Shown: positions 1 through 9,229 of the stretch, piece after piece
How the letters are laid out: the number at the start of each line of letters is the position of its first letter
How positions within the stretch are numbered: the first letter of the stretch is position 1
DNA from: an uncultured Lentisphaeria bacterium
Lineage (GTDB): Bacteria > Verrucomicrobiota > Lentisphaeria > JABSQK01 > JAJFLO01
Assembly: GCA_951812855.1 (NCBI GenBank)
Contig: OX638337.1
Location: forward strand, 1,260,001-1,292,000
DNA: 32,000 nt
Direction: 5' to 3'
Program-made: the position numbers and the translations under genes
The notes under the pieces: model-generated
What the model was told of the DNA's origin: nothing
Database searches by the model: none
The model's input: only the letters and a program-made list of their open reading frames with translations

Positions 1-535
1 CTGCAATGCTGGCAGAAATCGCATCCTCAACCGTACCTGTATCGGTAAAACATCGGCTTATAAGATTCCCCGTGTCAGAGGCACCATAAAAACGGAGGGA
101 CTGTCTTTGAAGATTAGCAAAGATTGCATTTCGCAGATCGACAACAACTCTTGCTCCAACCCAGCGCATGCAATATCTGTTTACATAGGTGAATACGGTT
201 TTTAAGAAAATAAAGACGGGCAGTCCGATCATACCCAGCAGCATGAATTGCCAGGTAATGCTCCCGTCAGCCTTTTCTAACTGAATATCAAACCTCTTTG
301 CAATTCTTTTGATTCTGGCCAGCCCGCTGTCATCTTTTTTAACTTTCTTAATTTTCTCTATTTTTTTTACTTCAAACGACCGAATTAAATTGGGCATATT
401 ATACAACACACCAAACAAAGACCCTCCTGACATGAATCCGGCAAGAACCCCGATTATCAATCGGGTCCTGTAGGGTTTGGTAAACCGGAGAAGCTTAAAA
501 TAAGTCTGAAATGAATTTATGAATTCAGCAAACAT
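1..535 (-). CDS. ABC exporter, N-terminal transmembrane domain (MsbA/lipid-flippase-like type-1 ABC TMD); 3' part lies beyond the window edge
   Basis: Not in the ORF track because it runs off the edge. My minus-strand translation from the ATG (complement of 533-535) is stop-free to position 1: MFAEFINSFQTYFKLLRFTKPYRTRLIIGVLAGFMSGGSLFGVL...FMLLGMIGLPVFIFLKTVFTYVNRYCMRWVGARVVVDLRNAIFANLQRQSLRFYGASDTGNLISRCFTDTGTVEDAISASIA. The TM1-loop-TM2 layout and the RFY...TGNLISR...D...VEDA block match MsbA-type exporter TMDs. A Lys-rich insert of about 35 aa sits between TM1 and TM2. Confidence 0.7.
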   Translation of the reverse strand, partial: MFAEFINSFQTYFKLLRFTKPYRTRLIIGVLAGFMSGGSLFGVLYNMPNLIRSFEVKKIEKIKKVKKDDSGLARIKRIAKRFDIQLEKADGSITWQFMLLGMIGLPVFIFLKTVFTYVNRYCMRWVGARVVVDLRNAIFANLQRQSLRFYGASDTGNLISRCFTDTGTVEDAISASIA

Positions 536-664
536 AGATTGACTTGTTAGAGTTGATAAAATATGAGAGAGTTAATCAATGCCTGCAGGGATTATAATTA
601 TCAAAATCCAATAATCAAACAATTGACTTTAATCTTTACGGATCTGAAACGCTCTCAATTATTG

Positions 665-1624
665 TTAGTTTTCATATAGATAACATTGAACTCTTCGACT
701 GCCTGCAGTCTGCATTTCCGGTACTGAAACTTTACACTTATCCATAACGTCTGGACAGCGCGTATGAAATGGACACCCTGTCGGAGCATCTAAAAGCGAG
801 GGAATTTCACCGGAAAGGACAAATCGTTTCTTCTTTTCTGAAAACGGGATCGGTACTGACTTAATCAGTGCCCTGGTATAAGGATGCAAAGGATCATCCA
901 TAACCTCCTGAACATTACCTTCTTCTACAATTACCCCCAAATACATTACAGCTACCCGATTGGATATATGACGAACAACGGTTAAATCATGAGATATAAA
1001 TAAATACGATAAATCATACTTGTCTCTTAAATCCATCAGTAAATTTATCACCTGTGCCTGAACGGAAACATCCAGGGCACTTACTGCCTCATCACACACG
1101 ATGAAATCGGGTTTCAATGATATTGACCTGGCAACACAAATTCGTTGCCGTTGTCCTCCTGAAAATTCATGGGGATATCGATAAATTGCATTTTCATCCA
1201 ACCCAACTTCGGTCATCAATCGAACTGCCTCTTGGGTTTTATTTTTTTTATTAATCAGTTTATGATGAAGCATTCCCTCTGTTAGAATATCCAATATTGT
1301 CATCCTTGGATTCAACGATGAAAACGGATCCTGAAAAATCATTTGCATCCGTTTACGAATCTCTTTCCTTCGCTCTCCACTCAACTTCTGTATATCGTCA
1401 CCTTCAAATTTTATGGTGCCGGCTTGTTTTTCTTCCAATTGCATTAAAGTCCGGCCGAGTGTGGTTTTGCCACACCCTGATTCCCCGACCAACCCTAACG
1501 TTTCTCCTTTTCCTATACTCAACGAAACTCCGTTAACAGCTTTTATATACCCGACTGTCCTTGATAAAATCCCTTTGCGTACAGGAAACCACGTTCTTAA
1601 ATTGTCGATTTTAATTAATGGCAT
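665..1624 (-). CDS. Oligopeptide/dipeptide-type ABC transporter ATP-binding protein (OppF/DppF family)
   Basis: 319-aa ORF. Walker A GESGCGKTT, signature FSGGQRQRICVARSI, Walker B FIVCDEAVSALD, H-loop ISHDL. The C-terminal oligopeptide-transporter extension is present (HPYTRALIKSVP ... GCPFHTRCP). N-terminus MPLIKIDNLRTWFPV is typical of the family. Confidence 0.9.
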   Translation of the reverse strand: MPLIKIDNLRTWFPVRKGILSRTVGYIKAVNGVSLSIGKGETLGLVGESGCGKTTLGRTLMQLEEKQAGTIKFEGDDIQKLSGERRKEIRKRMQMIFQDPFSSLNPRMTILDILTEGMLHHKLINKKNKTQEAVRLMTEVGLDENAIYRYPHEFSGGQRQRICVARSISLKPDFIVCDEAVSALDVSVQAQVINLLMDLRDKYDLSYLFISHDLTVVRHISNRVAVMYLGVIVEEGNVQEVMDDPLHPYTRALIKSVPIPFSEKKKRFVLSGEIPSLLDAPTGCPFHTRCPDVMDKCKVSVPEMQTAGSRRVQCYLYEN

Positions 1625-2145
1625 GGTGACAGTATAAATCCAACTCCGTTACTCTGCGTCTTTGTGAGAAAAATTAATTCATACTTATAGATGGCATAAA
1701 ATAACCCAGTGTTTTCATAAGACATTTTTTATTTAACCGGGTATTACATAAAAACCATCTGCCGGCTGTCCACAGTCATTTCTAATATATGCAGTCTTTT
1801 TACTTGAAGATTCAATAATCTCGTGAGTGATACTGACTTTTGCGGTCACGTCTGCTGACTATAGCACACCTCTTGAAATTAGAGGCCAAAATGGAATGTG
1901 ATATTTAGTGAACGCATCTGGAAACCGGCCAGAAACGATTTGTGGTTGGCACTGTTAAAACGGTTAAAAAATATTGCAGAAGGAATACCGAACCCGATGC
2001 AGTTAAAACTTCCAGTCAACAGTACAATTAAGCAGGAGATACATTGGTTATCCGAAGTCTGTTTATTGAATAAAACTGAACAGATTTTTTCCTGAATATA
2101 GAAAGAATTTAATTAATGTACCGTAGTGAATTTTGAAAATTTCCA

Positions 2146-2219
2146 TGGAGCGGGCGGGGGGAATCGAACCCCCATAATCAGCTTGGAAGGCTGGAGCATT
2201 ACCACTATGCTACGCCCGC
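2146..2219 (-). tRNA. tRNA-Gly (anticodon UCC), CCA encoded
   Basis: Minus-strand read: GCGGGCG-TA-GCAT-AGTGGTA-ATGC-T-CCAGC-CTTCCAA-GCTGA-TTAT-GGGGG-TTCGATT-CCCCC-CGCCCGC-T-CCA. It has a 7-bp acceptor stem, 4-bp D stem, 5-bp T stem with a TTCGATT loop, and anticodon loop CT-TCC-AA. There is one C:A mismatch at the base of the anticodon stem. Confidence 0.9.
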
Positions 2220-2428
2220 TGTTAGAATTTCAGTAAATTAGGGTGAGTTTTATAAGCTGGCAAATCTATTCTCAATTATTTTGAATATGAGAGAAAAAAT
2301 TGTTTCGTATTTCATAATAAATCCATCATAGTATGTTTTTTTTATTCCTCCATTAAATACTGTCTTTAACTGTGTTTCGGAGTTCCCTAAAACTGTAAGA
2401 AAACGTTTTTAAATCAATTTTTATTATC

Positions 2429-4018
2429 ATGTCTAATCGAGTTAATCTAAAATTAATACGATGGTTCATCGTTGTATCTGTTGGATATTTTTGTTATTTG
2501 GCGAATGCAGTCAATGCATCAAACGATCATCCAGGTGTGTCATCAGAAAAAGTTTTGCCTTCCGAAAAAGCGGCAGCTGTCGGTGAACCACATAAAAACA
2601 ATCATGGCGAGAATCATGATCGCGGACATTCAGATCCGTTTTCCATGATTTTATTGGAACTGGCTGTTATTATAATTTTAGCCATTTTTGGACGCTGGGT
2701 TGCGGATCGACACAATCAGCCGGCTGTATTAGGCGAACTGTTTATCGGTGTGGCCGTGGGTAATATTGGCTATTATCTGGAAATTCCTCTATTTGTTTTA
2801 ATCATGCATCTCGACAGTGCAACAGGGATATTTAATCTTGTACTCAGTTCAGGTCTAAATGTTTACGATGCTGCACATCAGATTTTTTCTCAAGAAGAGC
2901 TTATACCCGGTCATATAGGACAACAAATTGTCGATATTATGGGAAGTTCGGGTGCATTTGAATATTGTATCATGGTTTTTGCCTTATGGCTGTTTTCAAG
3001 CTATGGCGTAATCCTCTTACTTTTTATGGTTGGTTTGGAGACCAGTATAGATGAGATGGTAAAAGTCGGTCCTAAGTCATTTATGGTCGCCATCGTTGGT
3101 GTTGCCGCTCCATTTTTCTTAGGTTATGGTTCCGGTTTATGCTTGCTTCCGACGGCACCATTCTCTGTCCATTTATTTTTGGCGGCGACACTTTGTGCAA
3201 CCAGTGTCGGTATCACTGCGAGGGTTTTCAAGGACCTTGATCGCATTCAAACACCGGAGGCAAAAATAATTCTGGGTGCTGCTGTCATTGATGACGTACT
3301 CGGATTAATAATCCTGGCCGTTGTGGTCGGAGTTGTCGTCAGCGGGGAATTTCATATAAGCGAGGTCATTAAGATTACACTTCTTTCTGTTATTTTCTTT
3401 GCTGTTATTTTTAAACTTGGTGAAAAAATAATCCGGTTAAACTTGAAGATCATCAGCAGAATGGAGCGTCAGAACTTAAAACTGTTGTTTCCTTTAGCAT
3501 TTGCATTTGCGTTGTCATGGTTAGCTAATTTAATTGGTCTTGCATCAATAGTCGGTGCATTTGCCGCAGGTCTGATCCTGCATGAGGAATTATTTTCGGA
3601 ACATTTTGATAAAAGAAAGATCGAACAATTTGTAGCACCATTAGAAGCATTGTTTGCTCCAGTATTTTTCGTTTTAATGGGAATGCAGGTTAATTTGCAA
3701 ACCATTATGGAGCCGGGAACGGTAAAAATGGCAATGCTGTTTACAATTGTTGCGGTCATAGGAAAAATTGTTTCCGGCATTCCCGGGGGAAAAGAAAATG
3801 ATCGTCTTTCAATCGGTATCGGAATGATTCCCCGCGGCGAAGTTGGATTAATATTTGCAAGTGTTGGAAAGGGGCTCGGTGTTGTTACCGCAAGCGTTTT
3901 CTCTGCGGTCGTAATTATGGTCATCGTTACGACATTGATTACGCCTCTGGTGTTGAAATGGTCACTGTTTCGGAACAAATTAAAGCCAACAAATGATGTA
4001 TTTGTAAATCCGGATTGA
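2429..4018 (+). CDS. Cation/H+ antiporter, CPA2 (Kef/NapA-type Na+/H+ exchanger family), with signal-like N-terminus and a His-rich segment
   Basis: 529-aa polytopic membrane ORF. It carries the QPAVLGELFIGVAVGN start of the exchanger core, many Gly/Ala-rich TM helices, and GMIPRGEVGLIFA near the C-terminus. The N-terminal ~70 aa contain a hydrophobic signal-like helix followed by HKNNHGENHDRGH. No TrkA/RCK domain is present. Confidence 0.8.
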   Translation: MSNRVNLKLIRWFIVVSVGYFCYLANAVNASNDHPGVSSEKVLPSEKAAAVGEPHKNNHGENHDRGHSDPFSMILLELAVIIILAIFGRWVADRHNQPAVLGELFIGVAVGNIGYYLEIPLFVLIMHLDSATGIFNLVLSSGLNVYDAAHQIFSQEELIPGHIGQQIVDIMGSSGAFEYCIMVFALWLFSSYGVILLLFMVGLETSIDEMVKVGPKSFMVAIVGVAAPFFLGYGSGLCLLPTAPFSVHLFLAATLCATSVGITARVFKDLDRIQTPEAKIILGAAVIDDVLGLIILAVVVGVVVSGEFHISEVIKITLLSVIFFAVIFKLGEKIIRLNLKIISRMERQNLKLLFPLAFAFALSWLANLIGLASIVGAFAAGLILHEELFSEHFDKRKIEQFVAPLEALFAPVFFVLMGMQVNLQTIMEPGTVKMAMLFTIVAVIGKIVSGIPGGKENDRLSIGIGMIPRGEVGLIFASVGKGLGVVTASVFSAVVIMVIVTTLITPLVLKWSLFRNKLKPTNDVFVNPD

Positions 4019-4086
4019 CGGGTGCTGAGAAAGATAAAGATCTTCTAAAGAATATATAAATAATATAAAATAATCGGGGTAAAAAA

Positions 4087-4923
4087 ATGAGACTGAATCC
4101 ATTGCTTAAACATTGTAACTTCTATCGATATTTGATCATTTTTCTATTCGTAACAGCAGCCACGGGTTGCCGGACAGTAGACAAGGCCTATGTCAAAACC
4201 GTATCAATGACAAATCCAGACCGGCTTAAAATAGATACAAAGCTAAAATGGATAAAACCAAACCCTCGAATTCGCCTTGCCAGTGCTGATAAAATGACAG
4301 TTTATTCACGATTTAGAAATTCTTCAGGATCAGAGATTAATGTGAATGGGGATATTCAGCAGGAAATTGAAAAATTGGGATATCAGTTTGTTAATAACAT
4401 CGACGATGCCCAGTATTATTTGAGAGTAGATTTACGGTATTATGGCGAAAATGCTCATAAAAATTTATCTAATTCGGTTTTAGGGGCGATTGCCGGGGGA
4501 ATTGCCGGAGCTGCAATTGGTCATAACGTGGGAACCAATAACACCGGAATGGGTGCGGCCGGTGGTGCTGCAATTGGAGCAGTGAGCGGTAATATTGTTA
4601 CAAACAGGAATAAAGACATTGAAATCGGTCTGGTTTTAGATGTTACGATTGGAGAACGGATAAAAGGCGGTGTTGATACAAGCAGGGGAAATGAGCAGGA
4701 AAGTCAGATGATGCATTATAATGCTGCCGATGGTGGCGGACGACTAACCGGTCATACAAAATTAAGTTCTTCAGAAGAACAATCATTAAAGACAAGAGAT
4801 GACTTTTTATACCACCAAAACCGTCTTGTAACCTCGTGCAATAGATTAAATCTTACTCTTGCAGAAGCAGAACCTGTTCTGCGGCAGAAATTATCTACAG
4901 CAATTGCAAGTATTTTACCGTAA
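4087..4923 (+). CDS. traT: TraT-family outer-membrane lipoprotein (surface-exclusion / complement-resistance protein family)
   Basis: 278-aa ORF with a lipobox (FVTAATG-C at Cys28). It aligns by eye along its length with F-plasmid TraT. TVYSRFRNSSGSEINVNGDIQQEIEKLGYQFV matches [33 protein letters not shown]. The central glycine-zipper GAIAGGIAGAAIGHNVG...GAAGGAAIGAVSG matches, as does LVLDVTIGERIK vs MITDVQIAERTK. The C-terminus NRLNLTLAEAEPVLRQKLSTAIASIL matches [26 protein letters not shown]. Confidence 0.85.
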   Translation: MRLNPLLKHCNFYRYLIIFLFVTAATGCRTVDKAYVKTVSMTNPDRLKIDTKLKWIKPNPRIRLASADKMTVYSRFRNSSGSEINVNGDIQQEIEKLGYQFVNNIDDAQYYLRVDLRYYGENAHKNLSNSVLGAIAGGIAGAAIGHNVGTNNTGMGAAGGAAIGAVSGNIVTNRNKDIEIGLVLDVTIGERIKGGVDTSRGNEQESQMMHYNAADGGGRLTGHTKLSSSEEQSLKTRDDFLYHQNRLVTSCNRLNLTLAEAEPVLRQKLSTAIASILP

Positions 4924-5269
4924 ATCAGTGGTTTCATTTTAGGTGAATCCAGATCTGAACATGGAGACACATCAAGCAACGTCAAACAGATGAGTTTATT
5001 AATATCCCACTGACGTTTTTCAGTAATCTCACCGGTCCGTCCTCTCTTATAATAGATTCATCCTTTGAAAAACACCTCAGGGATCGGGATTAAATATAAT
5101 TTCCAATCGCTTTAATCCAGGCATTAAATCTCTTGCGGTTTGCGGAGTAAAAAGAGTCAACGCTATTTAACCTGGATGTTAGACCTCCGATTATAATTTA
5201 AGATTTTTGATCCGTTGTAGAATTTATTGATCAGAAAATATTCTATATCCGTTTTCTGCAATTTGAATT

Positions 5270-6370
5270 TCAGATTGAATTAAGAGCTGATACAATTCTT
5301 CTGATTTCAGAATCACTCAAGTAAGGATGCATTGGTAAACTAAAAATTTTCCGGGCAGTAGATTCTGAAATCGGAAACTCACCTTCTTTATGATTCAAAA
5401 ACGAAAATGCTGTTTGTAAATGTAATGGTTTAGGATAATAAATAACTGATGGAATTCCTGATTTTTTCAGTTCCCCCTGAATGTCAGCTCTGTTATCTGC
5501 TAATACAGAGTATTGAGCCCAGGCAGAGGTACATTGCCTTGGAATGGCCGGCGGTTTAAGAAAAGATAAATTACTTATTGATTCGGTATATTCAGCAGCG
5601 ATTCTGTTTCTCGCCATAATTTCATCGGGAAAAATTGCCAGTTTTTCTAATAAAATAGCAGCCTGGATGGTATCGAACCTCGCATTAAGACCAATGCGAA
5701 TATTATCATATTTATCAGATCCTTTTCCATGAACCCGGATAGATTCAAGTTTTTCGGCAAGATTCGTGTCGTTTGTAAATACAGCCCCTCCGTCACCATA
5801 GCAGCCTAACGGTTTTGCCGGGAAAAAACTTGTTGCAGCAACATGTCCTAAGCTTCCGACACTCCGTCCTTTGTATAATCCACCAAAACTCTGAGCGGCA
5901 TCTTCGAGTACAAACATTGCGTGTTTATCAGCAATAGGTGTGATAGCATCATAATCTGCGGGTAAACCAAAAAGATCAACCGGTATAATGCCACGCGGCA
6001 TTAATTTACCTTCGCTTTTAATTTTGGTAATAGCGTCATCCAGTTTTTCAGGATCAATATTAAATGTCTGACAGTCGATATCGACAAATACCGGTACCGC
6101 ACCTGACAACGCAATGACTTCTGCAGTAGCAATAAAAGTAAACGGCGTGGTAAAAACGGCATCACCCGGACCAATATCATAAGCCATTAGCGGCATGAGT
6201 AAGGCGTCAGTTCCACTCGAACATGTTATCGCATGTTTCACATTTGCAAAATCTGCAAGTTTATCTTCGAGTTCTCTAATCTCCGGGCCAAGGATATATT
6301 TACCATGGTCCAGGACATTTTGTATTCGTTTTTCAATTTGCGGCCTGATTCGGTCCAGCTGGGCTGCCAA
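5270..6370 (-). CDS. DegT/DnrJ/EryC1/StrS-family PLP-dependent sugar aminotransferase, WbpE-like (UDP-3-oxo sugar aminotransferase type)
   Basis: 366-aa ORF with near-colinear similarity by eye to Pseudomonas WbpE: HGKYILGPEIRELEDKLADF, SSGTDAL, EDAAQSFG, TSFFPAKPLGCYGDGGAVFTND (PLP lysine), RFDTIQAAILL, SLPMHPYL. The track start is a TTG at 6370. The conserved PFIDL N-terminal motif lies in frame just upstream, so the true start is probably at 6383-6400 (see findings). Confidence 0.9.
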   Translation of the reverse strand: MAAQLDRIRPQIEKRIQNVLDHGKYILGPEIRELEDKLADFANVKHAITCSSGTDALLMPLMAYDIGPGDAVFTTPFTFIATAEVIALSGAVPVFVDIDCQTFNIDPEKLDDAITKIKSEGKLMPRGIIPVDLFGLPADYDAITPIADKHAMFVLEDAAQSFGGLYKGRSVGSLGHVAATSFFPAKPLGCYGDGGAVFTNDTNLAEKLESIRVHGKGSDKYDNIRIGLNARFDTIQAAILLEKLAIFPDEIMARNRIAAEYTESISNLSFLKPPAIPRQCTSAWAQYSVLADNRADIQGELKKSGIPSVIYYPKPLHLQTAFSFLNHKEGEFPISESTARKIFSLPMHPYLSDSEIRRIVSALNSI

Positions 6371-7213
6371 ATCGATAAAAGGCAGTTTATTTTTAATTAT
6401 TTTTTACTCCTCTTTCCCTCGAAATTACGTTAAAAGTCACTAAGTATTTAATGTTATTAACTCTTACCCACAGCAGCAAGTTCATCAACTTATCTATATA
6501 GTAAAAATCAAGATCATTCGAAATTTGCTCAGTTAATAAACAAGTCTAAAATAACAGAGATGATTCAATGGCGATAATAACATTATCGGCTTATTAAGTG
6601 TTTTTTCAATTGCCTGATGCAGTCGATTCTTAAAAAGTATGTTCATGGATTTATGAATTGGCAGGCATAAGGTGGTATTGCGATTGAGAATTTTAATGAT
6701 TTTATGATCACGCACAAAAAATGCTGTGTGTTTCGCATCCATTTTTTGATATTGTGTGCAGCAGCGGCCGGCAGAACGTTACTATGATCACCTCTGGTTC
6801 CCTTCAGGAAGTTCCCCGACAGACGAAAATCATGTTTGAGATATCCAATATAACAGGTTCTACAGCTGACCGGCGGCGTAATTGCTTTTTCGTTTTCTTT
6901 TTTGCATATCGGGTTGAATTGCCCCGCCGAAGCCTGTCTGCATTGACAATCTGAGTGCTTTCGACCTCGAGCGTGCCACGGGAACCTTGATCAACAACGG
7001 CAACTTCAGACCGATTTCCATTGGATAAAACTTGAGGTAAACTGTGACCATCATAGATGTTTTACTCAAAATTTAAGGAACTGACTGCATTGGCATTTGA
7101 AAATAATTCTAAACCTGGCAAAAATATATCGAATCCAGGTTAAATATACTCTTTAAGATTCGACTGTTTAATTAAACTGATTTAAATGAAAAACAGCCTC
7201 TTCAGAATAATAA

Positions 7214-9229
7214 TCAGGGGTTTTCAAGTAATTCGATTAATTCATTTTCATTAATAATTTTCACCCCGAGTTTTTCAGCTTTTTGAAGTTTTGATCCCGC
7301 GTTTTCACCAACAATGAGATAATCTGTATTTGTGCTGACACTGCCGGTGACATTTGCTCCCAGGTCAGATAATCTATTTTTGAGAACATCGCGTTTATAC
7401 GTTCCAAGAGTTCCCGTGAGAACACATGTTTTACCCGTGAAAAATGAATTTTGGATTTCTTTAATATCTTCTGAAAGTTTCAAACCGCAATTTTTTAGTT
7501 TTTCCAATATCAAACTATTCTTTTCATCCCTGAAATATGTATAGATGCTTTCAGCGACAACGGGTCCAATGTCATGAATATCAATGAGTTCCTCTTCACT
7601 CGCAGATGCTAAAGCAGGAATACTGTTAAAATGTCTGATTAACGTTTTTGAAGATTTTGCCCCGACATGGCGTATGCCCAGACCGAATAATAACCGCCAT
7701 GGAGGGTTGGATTTGCTATCTTCAATTTTCAGTAATAGTTTTTCAATAGACGTTTCACCCAATCCCTCACAGCTTTTCAAGTGTTCAATCTGGTCATTAT
7801 TAAAATTGTAAATATCACCTGGATTACTGATGAAATGGTTATCAACCAGAAGTTCTACCAGGGCTTCCCCCAGGGTTTCGATATCCATAGCACCTCTTGA
7901 AGCAAAGTGTATGATTCGTTCTTTTACCTGTTTTGGGCATTCAAAATTAGTGCAGCGTACTGCAACTTCATCTTCAAGAACTGTTACCGGTGCCTGGCAT
8001 TCTGGACAATTTACAGGTTGACTTATCTCTTTTTCTGAACCGTCTCGTGCATTTTTGAGTGATCTCAGTACCGCTGGAATAATTTCTCCGGCTTTCTCTA
8101 TTTCAACCTCATCTCCAATTCGAATATCCTTTCGGGCAACTTCTTCAAAATTATGCAGTGTTGCTCTGCTTACGGTTGTACCGGATAAAAAAACGGGCTC
8201 TAATTCAGCAACGGGCGTTAACGTACCAGTTCGTCCGACTTGAATTGTAATGTCTTGTATGGTTGTGATTGCTTTTTCAGACTCGAATTTATAGGCAATT
8301 GCCCATCGTGGAGACTTAGCGGTAAAGCCGAGTACGTTTTGAAAATCAAAATTATTGACTTTCACAACGGCACCGTCGAGTTCACAGGAAAACTGGTCAC
8401 GTAAAGATTCAAGTTCATTTATTGCCTTGATTACGTCTTCAATCGATTGACATTCGCGATAAAAATCCGGAGTTTTTAAACCCAGCCGAGTTAATTCATC
8501 AAGGAGATTTTTTTGGCTATAGATTGTGGTATCCGAGATTTCGCCGATTGTATAAAACACTGCATCAAGCGGTCGTTTGGCAACTTCAGCTGAGTCCAAT
8601 AATTTTAATGAACCGGCGGTACAATTACGCGGGTTCGCAAAACGATCTTCCCCGTTTTGTTCACGTTCCTCATTTAATTTTAAGAAATCTGCTTTCGGGA
8701 TAAAAATTTCTCCCCGTGCTTCCCAAATAGCGGGTGGATCATCCGGGTGTAAACGAGATGGAATGCTTTTAATTGTTTTTACATTTATTGTTACGTCATC
8801 ACCAACGTCTCCGTTTCCCCTTGTTAATGCCCGCTGCAAAATTCCGTTTTCATAGCGAATTGAAATACCAACTCCATCAATTTTTGGTTCGACAGTATAC
8901 GTAATTTTATCTTCACCTAATATTTTTATAACGCGATTATGGAACGCCGTTAATTCTTCCTCATTATAGGTATTGTCCAGGCTGAGCATAGGGACACTGT
9001 GGGGGAAGTCTTCAAACTCGGATAACACTTGACCGCCTACTTTCTGAGTCGGTGAGTGCGGAACCACAAAATCAGGATATTGGAGTTCAAGTTCCTCTAA
9101 TTCTCTGTACAGTGAATCATACTCGAAATCACTGATTTCAGGTTTTGCCTCAACATAATAGAGGTAATTATGATGTTCGATCGTTTTTCTAAGAAAATCA
9201 AGTTTCTGAATTATTGACTCAGTAGACAT
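7214..9229 (-). CDS. ligA: NAD+-dependent DNA ligase LigA
   Basis: The ORF is open from 9337 (TTG), but homology to LigA begins at the internal ATG at 9229 (MSTESIIQKLDFLRKTIEHHNYLYYV). Adenylation motif EPKIDGVGISIRYENG is present. Other elements: OB fold, Zn-finger CPECQAPV...CTNFECPKQ, HhH region, and a C-terminal BRCT (GKTCVLTGTL...GSVSTNTDYLIVGENAGSKLQKAEKLGVKIINE). Confidence 0.95.
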   Translation of the reverse strand: MSTESIIQKLDFLRKTIEHHNYLYYVEAKPEISDFEYDSLYRELEELELQYPDFVVPHSPTQKVGGQVLSEFEDFPHSVPMLSLDNTYNEEELTAFHNRVIKILGEDKITYTVEPKIDGVGISIRYENGILQRALTRGNGDVGDDVTINVKTIKSIPSRLHPDDPPAIWEARGEIFIPKADFLKLNEEREQNGEDRFANPRNCTAGSLKLLDSAEVAKRPLDAVFYTIGEISDTTIYSQKNLLDELTRLGLKTPDFYRECQSIEDVIKAINELESLRDQFSCELDGAVVKVNNFDFQNVLGFTAKSPRWAIAYKFESEKAITTIQDITIQVGRTGTLTPVAELEPVFLSGTTVSRATLHNFEEVARKDIRIGDEVEIEKAGEIIPAVLRSLKNARDGSEKEISQPVNCPECQAPVTVLEDEVAVRCTNFECPKQVKERIIHFASRGAMDIETLGEALVELLVDNHFISNPGDIYNFNNDQIEHLKSCEGLGETSIEKLLLKIEDSKSNPPWRLLFGLGIRHVGAKSSKTLIRHFNSIPALASASEEELIDIHDIGPVVAESIYTYFRDEKNSLILEKLKNCGLKLSEDIKEIQNSFFTGKTCVLTGTLGTYKRDVLKNRLSDLGANVTGSVSTNTDYLIVGENAGSKLQKAEKLGVKIINENELIELLENP

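Noticed and set aside
1898-2095. 65-aa GTG-initiated plus-strand ORF next to tRNA-Gly.
   Set aside because: No ribosome-binding site, no recognisable motifs, and it sits in an AT-rich spacer where ORFs of this length arise by chance.
3469-3978. 169-aa minus-strand ORF inside the antiporter gene. Similar antisense or off-frame ORFs lie inside oppF (1297-1637), ligA (7332-8855), tal (10060-10344), the GT fusion (11311-11741), the GspK-like gene (15117-16898), mnmE (19123-19887), DUF58 (22234-22653) and the Bat genes (25163-25636, 27417-29210).
   Set aside because: Each lies fully within a longer ORF that has strong family motifs on the other strand or frame. Their products are low-complexity or Pro/Ser/Thr/Arg-skewed shadow translations with no recognisable motifs.
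6533-7069. Reading the two 69-aa minus-strand ORFs as one gene broken by a single mutation.
   Set aside because: They are in the same frame, but five stop codons lie between them. No adjacent-frame path gave a recognisable protein. I could not support any family assignment (PP-loop ATPase, QueC-like and deaminase motifs were considered and did not hold).
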